Shown here piece by piece: positions 1-8,687 of a DNA stretch of 64,000 bases. Source of the DNA: Gammaproteobacteria bacterium (lineage in GTDB: Bacteria; Pseudomonadota; Gammaproteobacteria; UWMA-0217); assembly GCA_026981985.1 (NCBI GenBank), contig JALSHZ010000031.1:8911-72910 (forward strand), written 5' to 3'. The translations under genes were made by a program, and so were the position numbers. The notes under the pieces were generated by a model. The model saw nothing but the letters and a program-made list of their open reading frames with translations, was not told the origin of the DNA and made no database searches. Positions within the stretch are counted from its first letter, which is position 1. The number at the start of each line of letters is the position of its first letter.

Positions 1-901
1 TTGTGCTCAGTTGCAGTAATGGAATCTGATGCTGCTGCGTCAAGCTGCGGACACGGGCGTGGTGGTCACGAAAAAACGTTTCATATTGTTGGCGCACCCT
101 GGCTGAGGTGGTGTCGAGATAGCCAGTATTTTTACCATCGGTAACCGGGTATCGTCCTGGCGGTGGTGCCTGCATTTCCAGCGGGTCGATCGGCTGAATG
201 GCCACCACATCGTTGTGCTGCTGCAAGCGTCGTAATTGGTTGCCGGTGTCGTCATCGATGTCGTAGAAATCACTGATAATGAAAATCAGTGAACCGGGTC
301 GAATCGTTCTGCGCAGCCGTTTCAGGGCTTCGTTGAAATGGCCGTGCTTTGTTTCGCTGGCAAGACCGCGCAGTGGATCGGCATAGGTCACCAAGGATCG
401 GATCAGTGTCAGCGCGCCGCGTTGACCGCGGCGGGGGGGCAGTTCGCTATGGTCGCCATTAAACAGCAGCGCACCGACACGGTCGCCATTGTGGGCGGCG
501 GCCCAGGCGAGCAGGGTTGCAGTGCGTGCCGCAACGACCGACTTGAGTGCATTGCGCGAGCCGAAGAACAGGCTGGGGCTGAAATCGAGCAGCAGCACGA
601 CCGGGCGTTCGCGTTCTTCTTCATAGACCTTCACATGCGGCCTCCCGGCCCGTGCGGTCACGCGCCAGTCCATGCCACGAATATCGTCACCGGCCTGGTA
701 GATGCGGGATTCGGAGTAGTCCATGCCGCGGCCGCGAAATCGTGAACGGTGGCTGCCGGTGATGGCAGCGGTGGCTGGCAGCTTGCGTTCCAGCTTGAGC
801 TTGCGTGCCGGTTGCTGCAGTGCGATCAGCTCCTCCGTGGTGACATGGGTTGCGGAATTGAGCAGGCCGCTGTTGTCGTGGGTGCGGCTGGCGGTCGTCA
901 T
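1..901 (-). CDS. DUF58 domain protein (MoxR-associated), 3' end runs off the window
   Basis: Not in the ORF track. Manual translation from ATG at 901 gives GSHRSRFRGRGMDYSESRIYQAGDDIRGMDWRVTARAGRPHVKVYEEERERPV and later LIFIISDF; frame is open to the edge; lies directly after moxR. Confidence 0.9.
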   Translation of the reverse strand, partial: MTTASRTHDNSGLLNSATHVTTEELIALQQPARKLKLERKLPATAAITGSHRSRFRGRGMDYSESRIYQAGDDIRGMDWRVTARAGRPHVKVYEEERERPVVLLLDFSPSLFFGSRNALKSVVAARTATLLAWAAAHNGDRVGALLFNGDHSELPPRRGQRGALTLIRSLVTYADPLRGLASETKHGHFNEALKRLRRTIRPGSLIFIISDFYDIDDDTGNQLRRLQQHNDVVAIQPIDPLEMQAPPPGRYPVTDGKNTGYLDTTSARVRQQYETFFRDHHARVRSLTQQHQIPLLQLST

Positions 902-903
902 CG

Positions 904-1917
904 TCAGGCTACCGGGGTATGGCGGATCAGCGCATCGATGACCTGGTCGGGGGTGACGCCTTCGGCCTCGGCCTCGTAGGACAGCAGAATGCGGTGCCGT
1001 AGCACATCATGCGCGATGGCCTGGACATCCTCGGGCGAGACGTAGTCGCGTTCCTGCAGCCAGGCATGGGCGCGTGCGCAGCGATCCAGCGCGATCGTCG
1101 CGCGTGGGCTGCCGCCATAGCTGATCCAGCGGGCCAGATCGTCACTGTAGGGTTTGGGATCACGGCTGGCCAGAACCAGCTGCACCAGATACTCCTGCAC
1201 CGGTGCGGCCATGTGGAGGCCGAGCAAGGCCTGCTGCACTTCCTCGACCTGTACCTTGCTCAATTGGGGCATTTCTTCGGAGATCACCTCGTATTGCGTG
1301 GCGGCTTGCTTGCGCGCCAATTCGAGAATGGCGTGTTCATGCTTCGCCGAGGGGTAGTCGATCAGCACATGCATCAGGAAGCGATCCAGCTGGGCTTCCG
1401 GCAGCGGATAGGTGCCTTCCTGCTCGATCGGATTTTGCGTCGCCATGACCAGAAATGGTCGTGGCAGTTTGTAAGTGGTGCGGCCGACGGTGATTTGTCG
1501 CTCGCCCATGGCTTCGAGCAGCGCGGATTGCACCTTGGCCGGGGCGCGGTTGATCTCGTCGGCCAGAATCAGGTTGTGAAACAGTGGCCCCGGCTGGAAA
1601 ACGAACTCCCCAGTTTCCGGGCGATAGACATCGGTGCCGGTCAGGTCGCCGGGCAACAGGTCAGGCGTGAATTGAAGGCGGTGAAAATCGCCCTCGATCA
1701 TCTCTGCCAGGGCCTTGATCGCGGTCGTCTTGGCCAGCCCCGGCGCGCCTTCCACCAGCAAGTGGCCGTCCGCCAGCAGCGCGATCAACAGGCGGTCGAT
1801 CAGCGCCTCCTGGCCGATAATGCGTTCGCGCAGGTGTTTGCGTACTTCGAGAACCGCCGGCAGGTGGGCCTGCAGCGTATCGAGATGCTTCGTGGCTGTG
1901 CTGGGTTCGTTGGTCAT
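904..1917 (-). CDS. moxR: MoxR family AAA+ ATPase
   Basis: HLLVEGAPGLAKT Walker A, LQFTPDLLPGD, LADEINRAPAKVQSALLEAM, ATQNPIEQEGTYPLPEAQLDRF. Confidence 0.95.
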   Translation of the reverse strand: MTNEPSTATKHLDTLQAHLPAVLEVRKHLRERIIGQEALIDRLLIALLADGHLLVEGAPGLAKTTAIKALAEMIEGDFHRLQFTPDLLPGDLTGTDVYRPETGEFVFQPGPLFHNLILADEINRAPAKVQSALLEAMGERQITVGRTTYKLPRPFLVMATQNPIEQEGTYPLPEAQLDRFLMHVLIDYPSAKHEHAILELARKQAATQYEVISEEMPQLSKVQVEEVQQALLGLHMAAPVQEYLVQLVLASRDPKPYSDDLARWISYGGSPRATIALDRCARAHAWLQERDYVSPEDVQAIAHDVLRHRILLSYEAEAEGVTPDQVIDALIRHTPVA

Positions 1918-2112
1918 CGTTATTCGTGTTCCGGTTCAGTAAGAATGTACCCGCGCGAAAAAGCGCGGTTGCGACAGAGGTTAGGGGTAGAGCGCGAGAA
2001 TTCAACCACGACAGGCGGGATTGCGGCGTTACGGTTTGTTCATATGTAACTGGGGAGAAATCTTGGGTAAGGGTGTGTTTGTGGGAGGTGATGTGGCAAT
2101 GAGGGCGTCGCC

Positions 2113-2682
2113 TCATTGTGTTCGTGCCTGCTGCCACAAATGGTGCTTGCCGATCGTTGTGTACCACTGCACAAATTGCTCGCGCGCCGACTGCCATCTG
2201 TCCGAAAGCGTGCTGCGCGGGTCGTCGCTCAGCGCATAGGCCATCCCCTCGATCAGCCACTCTGGCTTGAATAGCATGGTCAGCACGCCCAGTTCCTCGG
2301 CCTGACGGTGGTGAATCATTTCGTGACGGATGTAGTGTGCTTTCCAGCCGCGGGGGCTGACGACGATGCCTGATGTTCCCACCGTTGCTGCTGCGGCTCT
2401 GTTGAAACCAAACAATTGAAAGCAGTGTTGGGTCGCGCAAAAGATGATGCGGGGACGTTGCCGAAACGTTCCGACGGCGTTGGATACGAAATCCAGCGCC
2501 TCTTCATACAAGGCGAGTGCTTGTGGCGTCTTGCGGCTGTCGTCGATGCACAGGTCGGCGTGGGGGCAGGAGATGTCGTCAGCCAGTTGGGGAGCGAGCA
2601 CTCTCACGGGTTTGTACAGCGACCATGCGGCGATGGGTGCCACCGCCAGACAAAATGCTGTTATCGCCAGGGCTTTTTTCAT
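2113..2682 (-). CDS. Exported hypothetical protein with HExxH zincin-like motif
   Basis: N-terminal hydrophobic segment; IRHEMIHH followed by PEWLIEGMAY. Confidence 0.7.
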   Translation of the reverse strand: MKKALAITAFCLAVAPIAAWSLYKPVRVLAPQLADDISCPHADLCIDDSRKTPQALALYEEALDFVSNAVGTFRQRPRIIFCATQHCFQLFGFNRAAAATVGTSGIVVSPRGWKAHYIRHEMIHHRQAEELGVLTMLFKPEWLIEGMAYALSDDPRSTLSDRWQSAREQFVQWYTTIGKHHLWQQARTQ

Positions 2683-2709
2683 TTGGTTGCCTCGGCGTGA
2701 TCGGCTCCC

Positions 2710-3315
2710 TCAGCAGACGTAGGAAAGCGTGATGGTTGCCTTGCCATCGTCTTCGAGAATCTTCACAACACGTTCGCGCCATAGCTGGGCAAAACGGCGC
2801 TTGGCCTCGCAATCTGCATCGCCTTGCATGATTTGTTGCATCAATGGCTTCATGTCGGGATCGGGTGGAATGGATGAAGGGTCGTAGCTGACGCCGACGC
2901 ATTTTTCGGTATCGGTGCGGGTAAAGATCCAGCGGCCGTCACCAGTGCTGCCGAAGCTGAGCAGGCCGTTGCGGGCGAATTTTCCAGCCAGCCCCCGAAA
3001 GCCGTTGTCTGCTGCTGCGCCCGTGATCAATGTCATGACTTGGCTGATCGGCCCATTGGTACCCGCATCGACCGGACCGGGTGCAGTGATTTTGATCTGG
3101 CCGCGAACCGGCGTACATTCTTCGTAGAGCGCTTTCAGTCCATGAATGGTCAGCAGAAAGGCACCGGCTACGGTGGGGCAGGCATGGCCAGAAAGCTTTA
3201 CGGCATCCATGAAGCGGTAGGTGAAATAGCCCTCGCCAGCGCCAAGTAGTTCCGCCAGCGGGTCGTGCAGTGCAATCGACGGTTGATCAGGGTAGAGGGT
3301 GTGCATGGATTTCAT
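2710..3315 (-). CDS. FmdE-like (formylmethanofuran dehydrogenase subunit E domain) protein
   Basis: SGHACPTVAGA motif; start placed at MKSMH behind a GGAG RBS. Confidence 0.7.
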   Translation of the reverse strand: MKSMHTLYPDQPSIALHDPLAELLGAGEGYFTYRFMDAVKLSGHACPTVAGAFLLTIHGLKALYEECTPVRGQIKITAPGPVDAGTNGPISQVMTLITGAAADNGFRGLAGKFARNGLLSFGSTGDGRWIFTRTDTEKCVGVSYDPSSIPPDPDMKPLMQQIMQGDADCEAKRRFAQLWRERVVKILEDDGKATITLSYVC

Positions 3316-3441
3316 TGCTGCTCCCGAAATGAGTGGATAAGACCATTTTGCCGTGTTGTGAAGGCCATTGTACTGAGGCAGATCAATGAAGTCTCTGCGG
3401 GGGAGCTGTGGCACAGTATCGGGTGCCACCAGGAGGTTGGA

Positions 3442-3510
3442 TTAAGCTGGATGGCTCACCAGTTCACTACTGCGGCCTCGCTACGCGACCCGGTGAGAAA
3501 TCCGGGTTAG
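3442..3510. repeat. Repeat family C, copy 1 (~68-bp palindromic REP/MITE-like element)
   Basis: Ends TTAAGCTGGATGGCTCACC ... GGTGAGAAATCCGGGTTAG; near reverse complement of 4969-5035. Confidence 0.85.
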
Positions 3511-3519
3511 AATCACCGC

Positions 3520-3765
3520 ATGTCGCATCAGCAACCAACATCAGGCCGGCTACGGGCCGAGAGCGTCGTGGAGCAGATTTGCAATCTTGGTTGCGCTGCC
3601 GTGTACCGTGTTCTTGACACCGTAGACCGGGGAGGGCAGCCCAGCGAGTTGGATGGTCTCGATGACGAGCTGCGAGTGCTCGTGTTAGCGGAGCTGCGCA
3701 GTGTAATGGCGGTATATGATGCGCGCGAGGGCGGCGCGGCCTGCAAGGTCGCTGGCTCGAATTGA
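3520..3765 (+). CDS. Small hypothetical protein (ICxxGC motif)
   Basis: 81-aa ORF filling the gap between family C copy 1 and the cpdA stop; helical-looking VEQICNLGCAAV...LAELRSVMAVYD. Confidence 0.6.
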   Translation: MSHQQPTSGRLRAESVVEQICNLGCAAVYRVLDTVDRGGQPSELDGLDDELRVLVLAELRSVMAVYDAREGGAACKVAGSN

Positions 3766-3770
3766 GGGTT

Positions 3771-4628
3771 TCAAACCGCCTGCGGCGGTAGCTCCCTGAA
3801 GCCACGTTTGCGTCGTAGCCGGGCGGCCAGCCATGGCTGATGCGAGAACAGCACTTCCGTTTCGATACTGCCGTCGCGGTGCAGCACCAGTCGGCGATAG
3901 GCTGGTGTCTGCGCGGTAAAGCTGAGGTGTTCCGATTCTGGCAGAAACTGTAGGCAGGTGGATGGCGTGCCGAGTACCCTGATGTGCCCATGCTGGCGGT
4001 CGAGCTGCTGGTGGATGTGTCCACAGACAATGGTCTTCAGCTGCGGCACGGTGCCGAGTTGCGCCAGCGCCGCATCGGCGCCAATCATGCCGTGATGTGT
4101 ATCGAGCCATTCACTGCCAACCGGTAGTGGGTGGTGGTGAATGAACAGCGCAGCGTGATGTTGTGGAAACTTCTCTACCATTGCCTCGATCCAGCCCAGT
4201 TGGATCGTGGAAATCTCCCCCTGATCGACCCCCCGTCTGGAAGTGTCGAGAAACAGCAGTAACCAATCCTTTTTGATGATGAATCGCGGCATCGAGACTA
4301 CTTCGCCATCCAGCGCGGCGCTGAGCTGTTGTCTGTCGTCGTGGTTACCGGGCAGGCAGTAGACTGGCGAACCTTCGTCCTGCAGTAACCGGACGAACCG
4401 CCGGTAAGCCTCTGCCTCTCCCTTCTGGGCGATATCGCCCGTGACCACCAGTGCGTCGAAACAGGGCTCATTCACCTGGATATCGTCGAGCACGGTGGAA
4501 AGCGTTTCCGTGGTGTCGAGATCATCGCAATGCGGGCACCAGCCCAACCCTTCTTCAGGGTGTGCCTGCAAATGCAGATCGGTGATCTGGATGATCCGAA
4601 GAGGCTCCGCTTCTTCAATGATTGGCAT
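3771..4628 (-). CDS. cpdA: 3',5'-cyclic-nucleotide phosphodiesterase (CpdA/Icc metallophosphoesterase)
   Basis: QITDLHL, VVTGDI, LPGNHDD, IHHHP, CGHIHQ, TPSTC. Confidence 0.85.
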   Translation of the reverse strand: MPIIEEAEPLRIIQITDLHLQAHPEEGLGWCPHCDDLDTTETLSTVLDDIQVNEPCFDALVVTGDIAQKGEAEAYRRFVRLLQDEGSPVYCLPGNHDDRQQLSAALDGEVVSMPRFIIKKDWLLLFLDTSRRGVDQGEISTIQLGWIEAMVEKFPQHHAALFIHHHPLPVGSEWLDTHHGMIGADAALAQLGTVPQLKTIVCGHIHQQLDRQHGHIRVLGTPSTCLQFLPESEHLSFTAQTPAYRRLVLHRDGSIETEVLFSHQPWLAARLRRKRGFRELPPQAV

Positions 4629-4968
4629 CGGTTACTCCCTAGCTGGACAACAAGCGTGATGACGATAGCAGAAACATGTGAAGCTTTAATGACGAGGTTC
4701 TCAAGATGAATGAAAGCACCCGGCAGGCGTTCATGAGGTGGGGGCGGGAAGAATTCCCAGGTAGAAACCATGGGCAACAAGGGCCGGTTTCATCACCGGA
4801 ATAAACCCATGTTTATAAAGGGTTCTATCTTCGTTGCTATTTTCGAAGCTGATGGGCCAAGGCCATCTGACTGTAAGGATTGTTGCACTGTGTATGGTCC
4901 ATGGATGTTGCAATCAGTGTCTGCTGTTGTGCCCGTTTTCCGCCAATAAGGAACGTTCGACCGATTTG

Positions 4969-5035
4969 TTAACCCGGGTTTCTCACCGGCGCGTAGTGAG
5001 ACCGCAGTAGTGGACTGGTGAGAAAAGCGGGCCAA
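4969..5035. repeat. Repeat family C, copy 2 (inverted relative to copy 1)
   Basis: TTAACCCGGGTTTCTCACCGGCGCGTAGTGAGACCGCAGTAGTGGACTGGTGAGAAAAGCGGG. Confidence 0.85.
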
Positions 5036-5138
5036 GGGTGCTCGCCGATCTGTCCAGATTCATTGCGCCGCCTGTTGTGTTTTATTGCTTTCCTGTCGTC
5101 GGTCGGGTTTTCCACCAAGCAAACAAAGGGGAACCAGT

Positions 5139-6653
5139 ATGAGAAAACACTATCTGCCGGTAGCGGGCGTGATGCTCGTGGCGCTGGCACTGCTATTGTC
5201 CGCTGGATCGGGCGTCGCCGCCGAAGCCGTGGCCCAGAAAGCGCCGGAGCAAAAAACCGAGGTCAAACAAATCGATGAAGAGAAGAAATTACAGGGCGAA
5301 TGTGTTGGCTGCCATATCAACGTGACGCCAGGCATCGTCAAGCAGCATCTTGGCAGCCCTCACGCCAACACCACCAACCAGGAAGATGAGGTGCTTTGCT
5401 CCAGTTGTCATGGCGAAAAACACACGGCCATGGATGACTGGAAGAAGGCCGAAATGCCGACCGCCGAGGTTTGCGGCGAATGCCATAAAAAACAGCATCG
5501 ACAACATGCTGAAGGCAAGCACAATTTGGGCTGGCTGGTAATGAAGTCACAGATTGCCTGGCATGGCCAGCCTGGCGCCATTGCCGGTGAAGGTTATCGC
5601 GGTTGTTCGGGTTGCCACAAAATCGGCAAAAAAGGCTTGCTGGGTGTGACCGACGGAAATACCGGCGAGGTCAAATACGATGGTGGCAAGGAAGAAGCGA
5701 AATATCGCTATGGCAATGTACAGTGTGATGCCTGCCATACCCGCCATAGTTTCAAGGTTTCGGAGGCGAGGGATCCGCGTGCCTGCTCAAACTGCCATAT
5801 GGGATTCGACCATCCCCAATGGGAAATGTACTCGTCAGCCAAGCATGGCGTGATCTGGGCAATCGAAGGGCATGAGGAGGGCGCTCGCGCACCGACCTGC
5901 CAGAATTGTCACATCATGGAAGGAGATCATGCAGTCAAGACACCCTGGGGATTCCTAGGCCTGCGTATTCCCACCAAGGAAAACGTGCTGGCGCTGATCA
6001 AAGCTGCGCCTTCACTAGAGCCGCAATTGACCAAGCTTGCTGCTGCGTTGCCGTCGGGCAACTATATCGATGTCGACGATGATCCCACCTGGACATTGGA
6101 TCGCGCGCTGATTCTCCAGGCTTCCGGTGTGCTGGATGAAAATCTGCAACCCACCGAGCGGTTTATCGAAATTGTCGTGCAGGCACAGGCGGCTCGTGGC
6201 CCAGACGAGTTCAACGAATTGCGGCAGAAAATGAAGGACAATTGCAATAAATGTCATTCGAAGGGGTTCGTTGATCTGCACATGAAGGCATCAGATGAAA
6301 TTCTGAAGGCTGCGGATCATGAATTTGCCAAGGCGATCAAGGCAGTGCAGGGGCTCTACAAGGATGGCATATTGAAAAAGCCCGAAGGCTGGAAATATGC
6401 GCCAGATTTATTGCAGTACTACGAGGCAAAGACAAAAATAGAGCAGGAGCTATACATGATTTTCCTCGAATATCGTCAACGCACTTTTCAGGGCGCATTC
6501 CACGCCAGCAACGACTACATGCACTGGTACGGTTGGGCGCCACTGAAGTCTGCTGTTGCGACGATTCTGGAAGAGGAGAAGAAATTACGGGCCGAGCACA
6601 AAGCCAAGCAGGCGGCGCAGGCTCATAGCGAGGAGGTGGCTGCAAAACGGTAA
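5139..6653 (+). CDS. Octaheme cytochrome c, hydroxylamine oxidoreductase (HAO)-like family
   Basis: Signal peptide; eight CxxCH motifs (CVGCH, CSSCH, CGECH, CSGCH, CDACH, CSNCH, CQNCH, CNKCH); CHMGFDHPQWEMYSSAKHG; GAFHASNDYMHWYGW. Confidence 0.9.
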   Translation: MRKHYLPVAGVMLVALALLLSAGSGVAAEAVAQKAPEQKTEVKQIDEEKKLQGECVGCHINVTPGIVKQHLGSPHANTTNQEDEVLCSSCHGEKHTAMDDWKKAEMPTAEVCGECHKKQHRQHAEGKHNLGWLVMKSQIAWHGQPGAIAGEGYRGCSGCHKIGKKGLLGVTDGNTGEVKYDGGKEEAKYRYGNVQCDACHTRHSFKVSEARDPRACSNCHMGFDHPQWEMYSSAKHGVIWAIEGHEEGARAPTCQNCHIMEGDHAVKTPWGFLGLRIPTKENVLALIKAAPSLEPQLTKLAAALPSGNYIDVDDDPTWTLDRALILQASGVLDENLQPTERFIEIVVQAQAARGPDEFNELRQKMKDNCNKCHSKGFVDLHMKASDEILKAADHEFAKAIKAVQGLYKDGILKKPEGWKYAPDLLQYYEAKTKIEQELYMIFLEYRQRTFQGAFHASNDYMHWYGWAPLKSAVATILEEEKKLRAEHKAKQAAQAHSEEVAAKR

Positions 6654-6687
6654 GCTATTTCGTCATCAGGCATTGGCATGCACCACT

Positions 6688-6723
6688 GCCGCTGTCGCCG
6701 CGAGGCGCCAGCGGCTTTTTTTT
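6688..6723 (+). terminator. Intrinsic terminator of the HAO-like gene
   Basis: GCCGCTGTCGCC-GCGA-GGCGCCAGCGGC followed by T8. Confidence 0.8.
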
Positions 6724-6726
6724 ATG

Positions 6727-6855
6727 ACTCAAGTTTTGGAGTTCAGGTTGGAAAGCCAGCCAATTCCGGTGCCCCCCTTTTTTTTCGTAAAGGGAGTGGT
6801 TGGAGCAGCCAGACGATCGGTTTGGCGCAAATAAGGGGGTAAGCTGAGCAGTTAC
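6727..6855. repeat. Degenerate or chimeric repeat: family B left end plus family A-type right end
   Basis: ACTCAAGTTTTGGAGTTCA at 6727-6745, CCCCCCTTT...AAAGGG core, ends GCTGAGCAGTTAC; right part resembles 24289-24323. Confidence 0.6.
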
Positions 6856-6860
6856 AAAGT

Positions 6861-6885
6861 AAAAAGGGTCGGCATCCATGCCGAC
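6861..6885 (-). terminator. Intrinsic terminator on the minus strand
   Basis: GTCGGCAT-GG-ATGCCGAC then CCTTTTT on the minus strand. Confidence 0.65.
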
Positions 6886-7133
6886 AATCGGGGGTAGGAG
6901 AGAATGTCAATGAAGTGAGGAGGTCAACGGCGTTGATTGCTACCTTGCCCGCCTCGTTTAAGTGATTCGCCGAGAATCAGGTCGACCACATCGTGATCGG
7001 TTTTTTGGGATTTGGAGGAAACGCGCCATTGCTGGAACTGTCACGCAACGGCGCGTGAATGATTGCTGGGACGGATCTGACGCTGACCCTGAGGTTAGGG
7101 CCAGTGTCATTACACTCAGCCTGCGTCAGTAAG

Positions 7134-7598
7134 TCAGTGACGCGGTCCGCTGTTGCCCATCGTGCTACGATCCGGGCGCTCAGCGTGCATGCCCAAGTCG
7201 GCGCGGTTTGGACGTTCACCACGCATACCCATGTCGGCATGGTCGGGTCGGTTGCCGCGCATGCTCATGTCGCCATGATCGGGGCGCTCGCCATGCATGG
7301 CCATTGCGCCATTTTCCGGGAGTTCGATGCCCGCTGCCGTGGCCCGTTCCTGAACCTTGGTGCGCATAGTTTCGCGTAATGCCTGACGCTCTTCCATGCT
7401 TTGTGCTGCTTGCATCTGGCCGCGGAACTCGGCCCGCTCTTCGGGGGTGATCAGTTCAGGATGGGTTCCGCTTACGCGTGAGGCTGTGATGTCCGTGTCT
7501 GTTGTCGTATCAGGGGTGCTGATGTCTGCGCCCGCGATACTTGTCGAGAGGCCAAGTGCCAACGCCAGTGCCGAGATTTTGAATGCTGAAGATTTCAT
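7134..7598 (-). CDS. Exported protein with helical LITPEER domain and C-terminal His/Met/Arg 12-aa repeats
   Basis: GGAG RBS; signal peptide MKSSAFKISALALALGLSTSIAGA; four copies of MxGERPDHxDMx. Confidence 0.8.
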   Translation of the reverse strand: MKSSAFKISALALALGLSTSIAGADISTPDTTTDTDITASRVSGTHPELITPEERAEFRGQMQAAQSMEERQALRETMRTKVQERATAAGIELPENGAMAMHGERPDHGDMSMRGNRPDHADMGMRGERPNRADLGMHAERPDRSTMGNSGPRH

Positions 7599-7690
7599 TT
7601 TATTGCTCCATTCGTTAGTCAGTTTGATAGATGTCGATGAGTAAAAAGCGGGATTGCTCTTGAACTCATGATGCAAATGTTAGGGGAAAC

Positions 7691-7740
7691 ATGTTGCGCA
7701 GTGATTTCTGCTTTACGGATTATTGTTTCAATCTGTTTCG
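7691..7740. promoter_or_regulatory. Putative OmpR-family binding box array, copy 1
   Basis: ATGTTGCGCAGTGATTTC...TGTTTCAATCTGTTTC; aligns without gaps to 9955-10004. Confidence 0.65.
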
Positions 7741-7804
7741 CTGTCAGTTGGAGGTGTTTCGTATGCAACGACCTGTGGTATTTCAAAATCATTGAGTATA
7801 TTAA

Positions 7805-8185
7805 AACTCAAGTTTCGGAGTTCAGATTTGCCCATCAGCCAGTTCCCCGGGAAAGGTGGAGGCTGGAATGTAGCTCGGTCGCGGAGGAGCCACCAAAAGC
7901 CTCCCTTTCGCAAAGGGAGGTTTGGAGGGATTGGTGCTGCGGAGTTTTGGTCTGGTGGGGTGGTATAAATCCCCCTCAATCCCCCTTTGGCAAAGGGGGA
8001 AGTTGTCAGAGGTGGCAGCCCTGTTTTCAGGGACAGCGCCGGTCTTGAGCGCGTGGCCACTGATTCATCGATTCTGATATGGTGACCCAGGAATCAACAA
8101 TACCACCTATTGCAACGCATTATTTGTTTTGCATCAACGGGTTGCTCACTGATTTAGATGCGACATGAACTCCGAAACTTGAGTT
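7805..8185. mobile_element. Repeat family B element (MITE-like) with perfect 20-bp terminal inverted repeats
   Basis: AACTCAAGTTTCGGAGTTCA (7805-7824) and TGAACTCCGAAACTTGAGTT (8166-8185); internal CCCTTT-N3/4-AAAGGG palindromes. Confidence 0.8.
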
Positions 8186-8312
8186 AAAAAATGTTGAGCT
8201 TGTTTTAGTGGTGGGCTATCTATTGTTATTGCGCCGCCATGGCAGTTGATCCGTATGAAATCGTCGGGATTTGGAAGAAAAGTCCAGGTTGGGGCGATGC
8301 AAGCTGTCAAAA

Positions 8313-8385
8313 CCGAGGGCTGGGGAGAGGAAAAGCCAAGAATTTTGGCTTCTGGTCTGTGTTCCCTCTCCCCGCGGGAGAGGGG
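8313..8385. repeat. REP-like CCCTCTCCC/GGGAGAGGG palindrome
   Basis: GAGGGCTGGGGAGAGG ... CCCTCTCCCCGCGGGAGAGGG. Confidence 0.55.
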
Positions 8386-8414
8386 ATTTATGACATGATT
8401 AAGGCTGTTCTCTA

Positions 8415-8566
8415 GTAACTATTCAGTTGGCAGAAAAATGGAGCCGTAACTGCTCAGATTGCCGCTGAAACGCGTCAGATCAAGGCGGGAAATGTGAGTT
8501 TACAGGTGTAAATGACCATTTCCCAACGCAGAGATGGCGCGTTTCAGTGGTGAGCTGAGTAGTTAC
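8415..8566. mobile_element. Repeat family A MITE, 152-bp form, 8-bp TSD GTTCTCTA
   Basis: TIRs GTAACTATTCAG / CTGAGTAGTTAC; GTTCTCTA at 8407-8414 and 8567-8574. Confidence 0.92.
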
Positions 8567-8687
8567 GTTCTCTATTGATGATAAATTGCCAATAGAAAAT
8601 CTATCAATCTGTGCTTGTCATATTTACACGAGATATTTTGTTGTTCGATGGAATGGCCTGAGGTCTACGAGTTGAAACCAAAAGCCT

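Noticed and set aside
3485-3510. CCGGTGAGAAATCCGG resembling part of a cobalamin riboswitch
   Set aside because: It is the end of a family C repeat; the B12 box and other conserved parts are absent.
4990-5139. FNR box for the HAO-like gene
   Set aside because: No TTGAT-N4-ATCAA match found.
7668-8060. ORFs with PPLRKGG-type peptides (also 26030..26444)
   Set aside because: Translations of family B palindromes, not credible genes.
8570-8610. LysR/OxyR-like AT-rich site
   Set aside because: Spacing does not clearly fit the consensus and there is no adjacent gene start.
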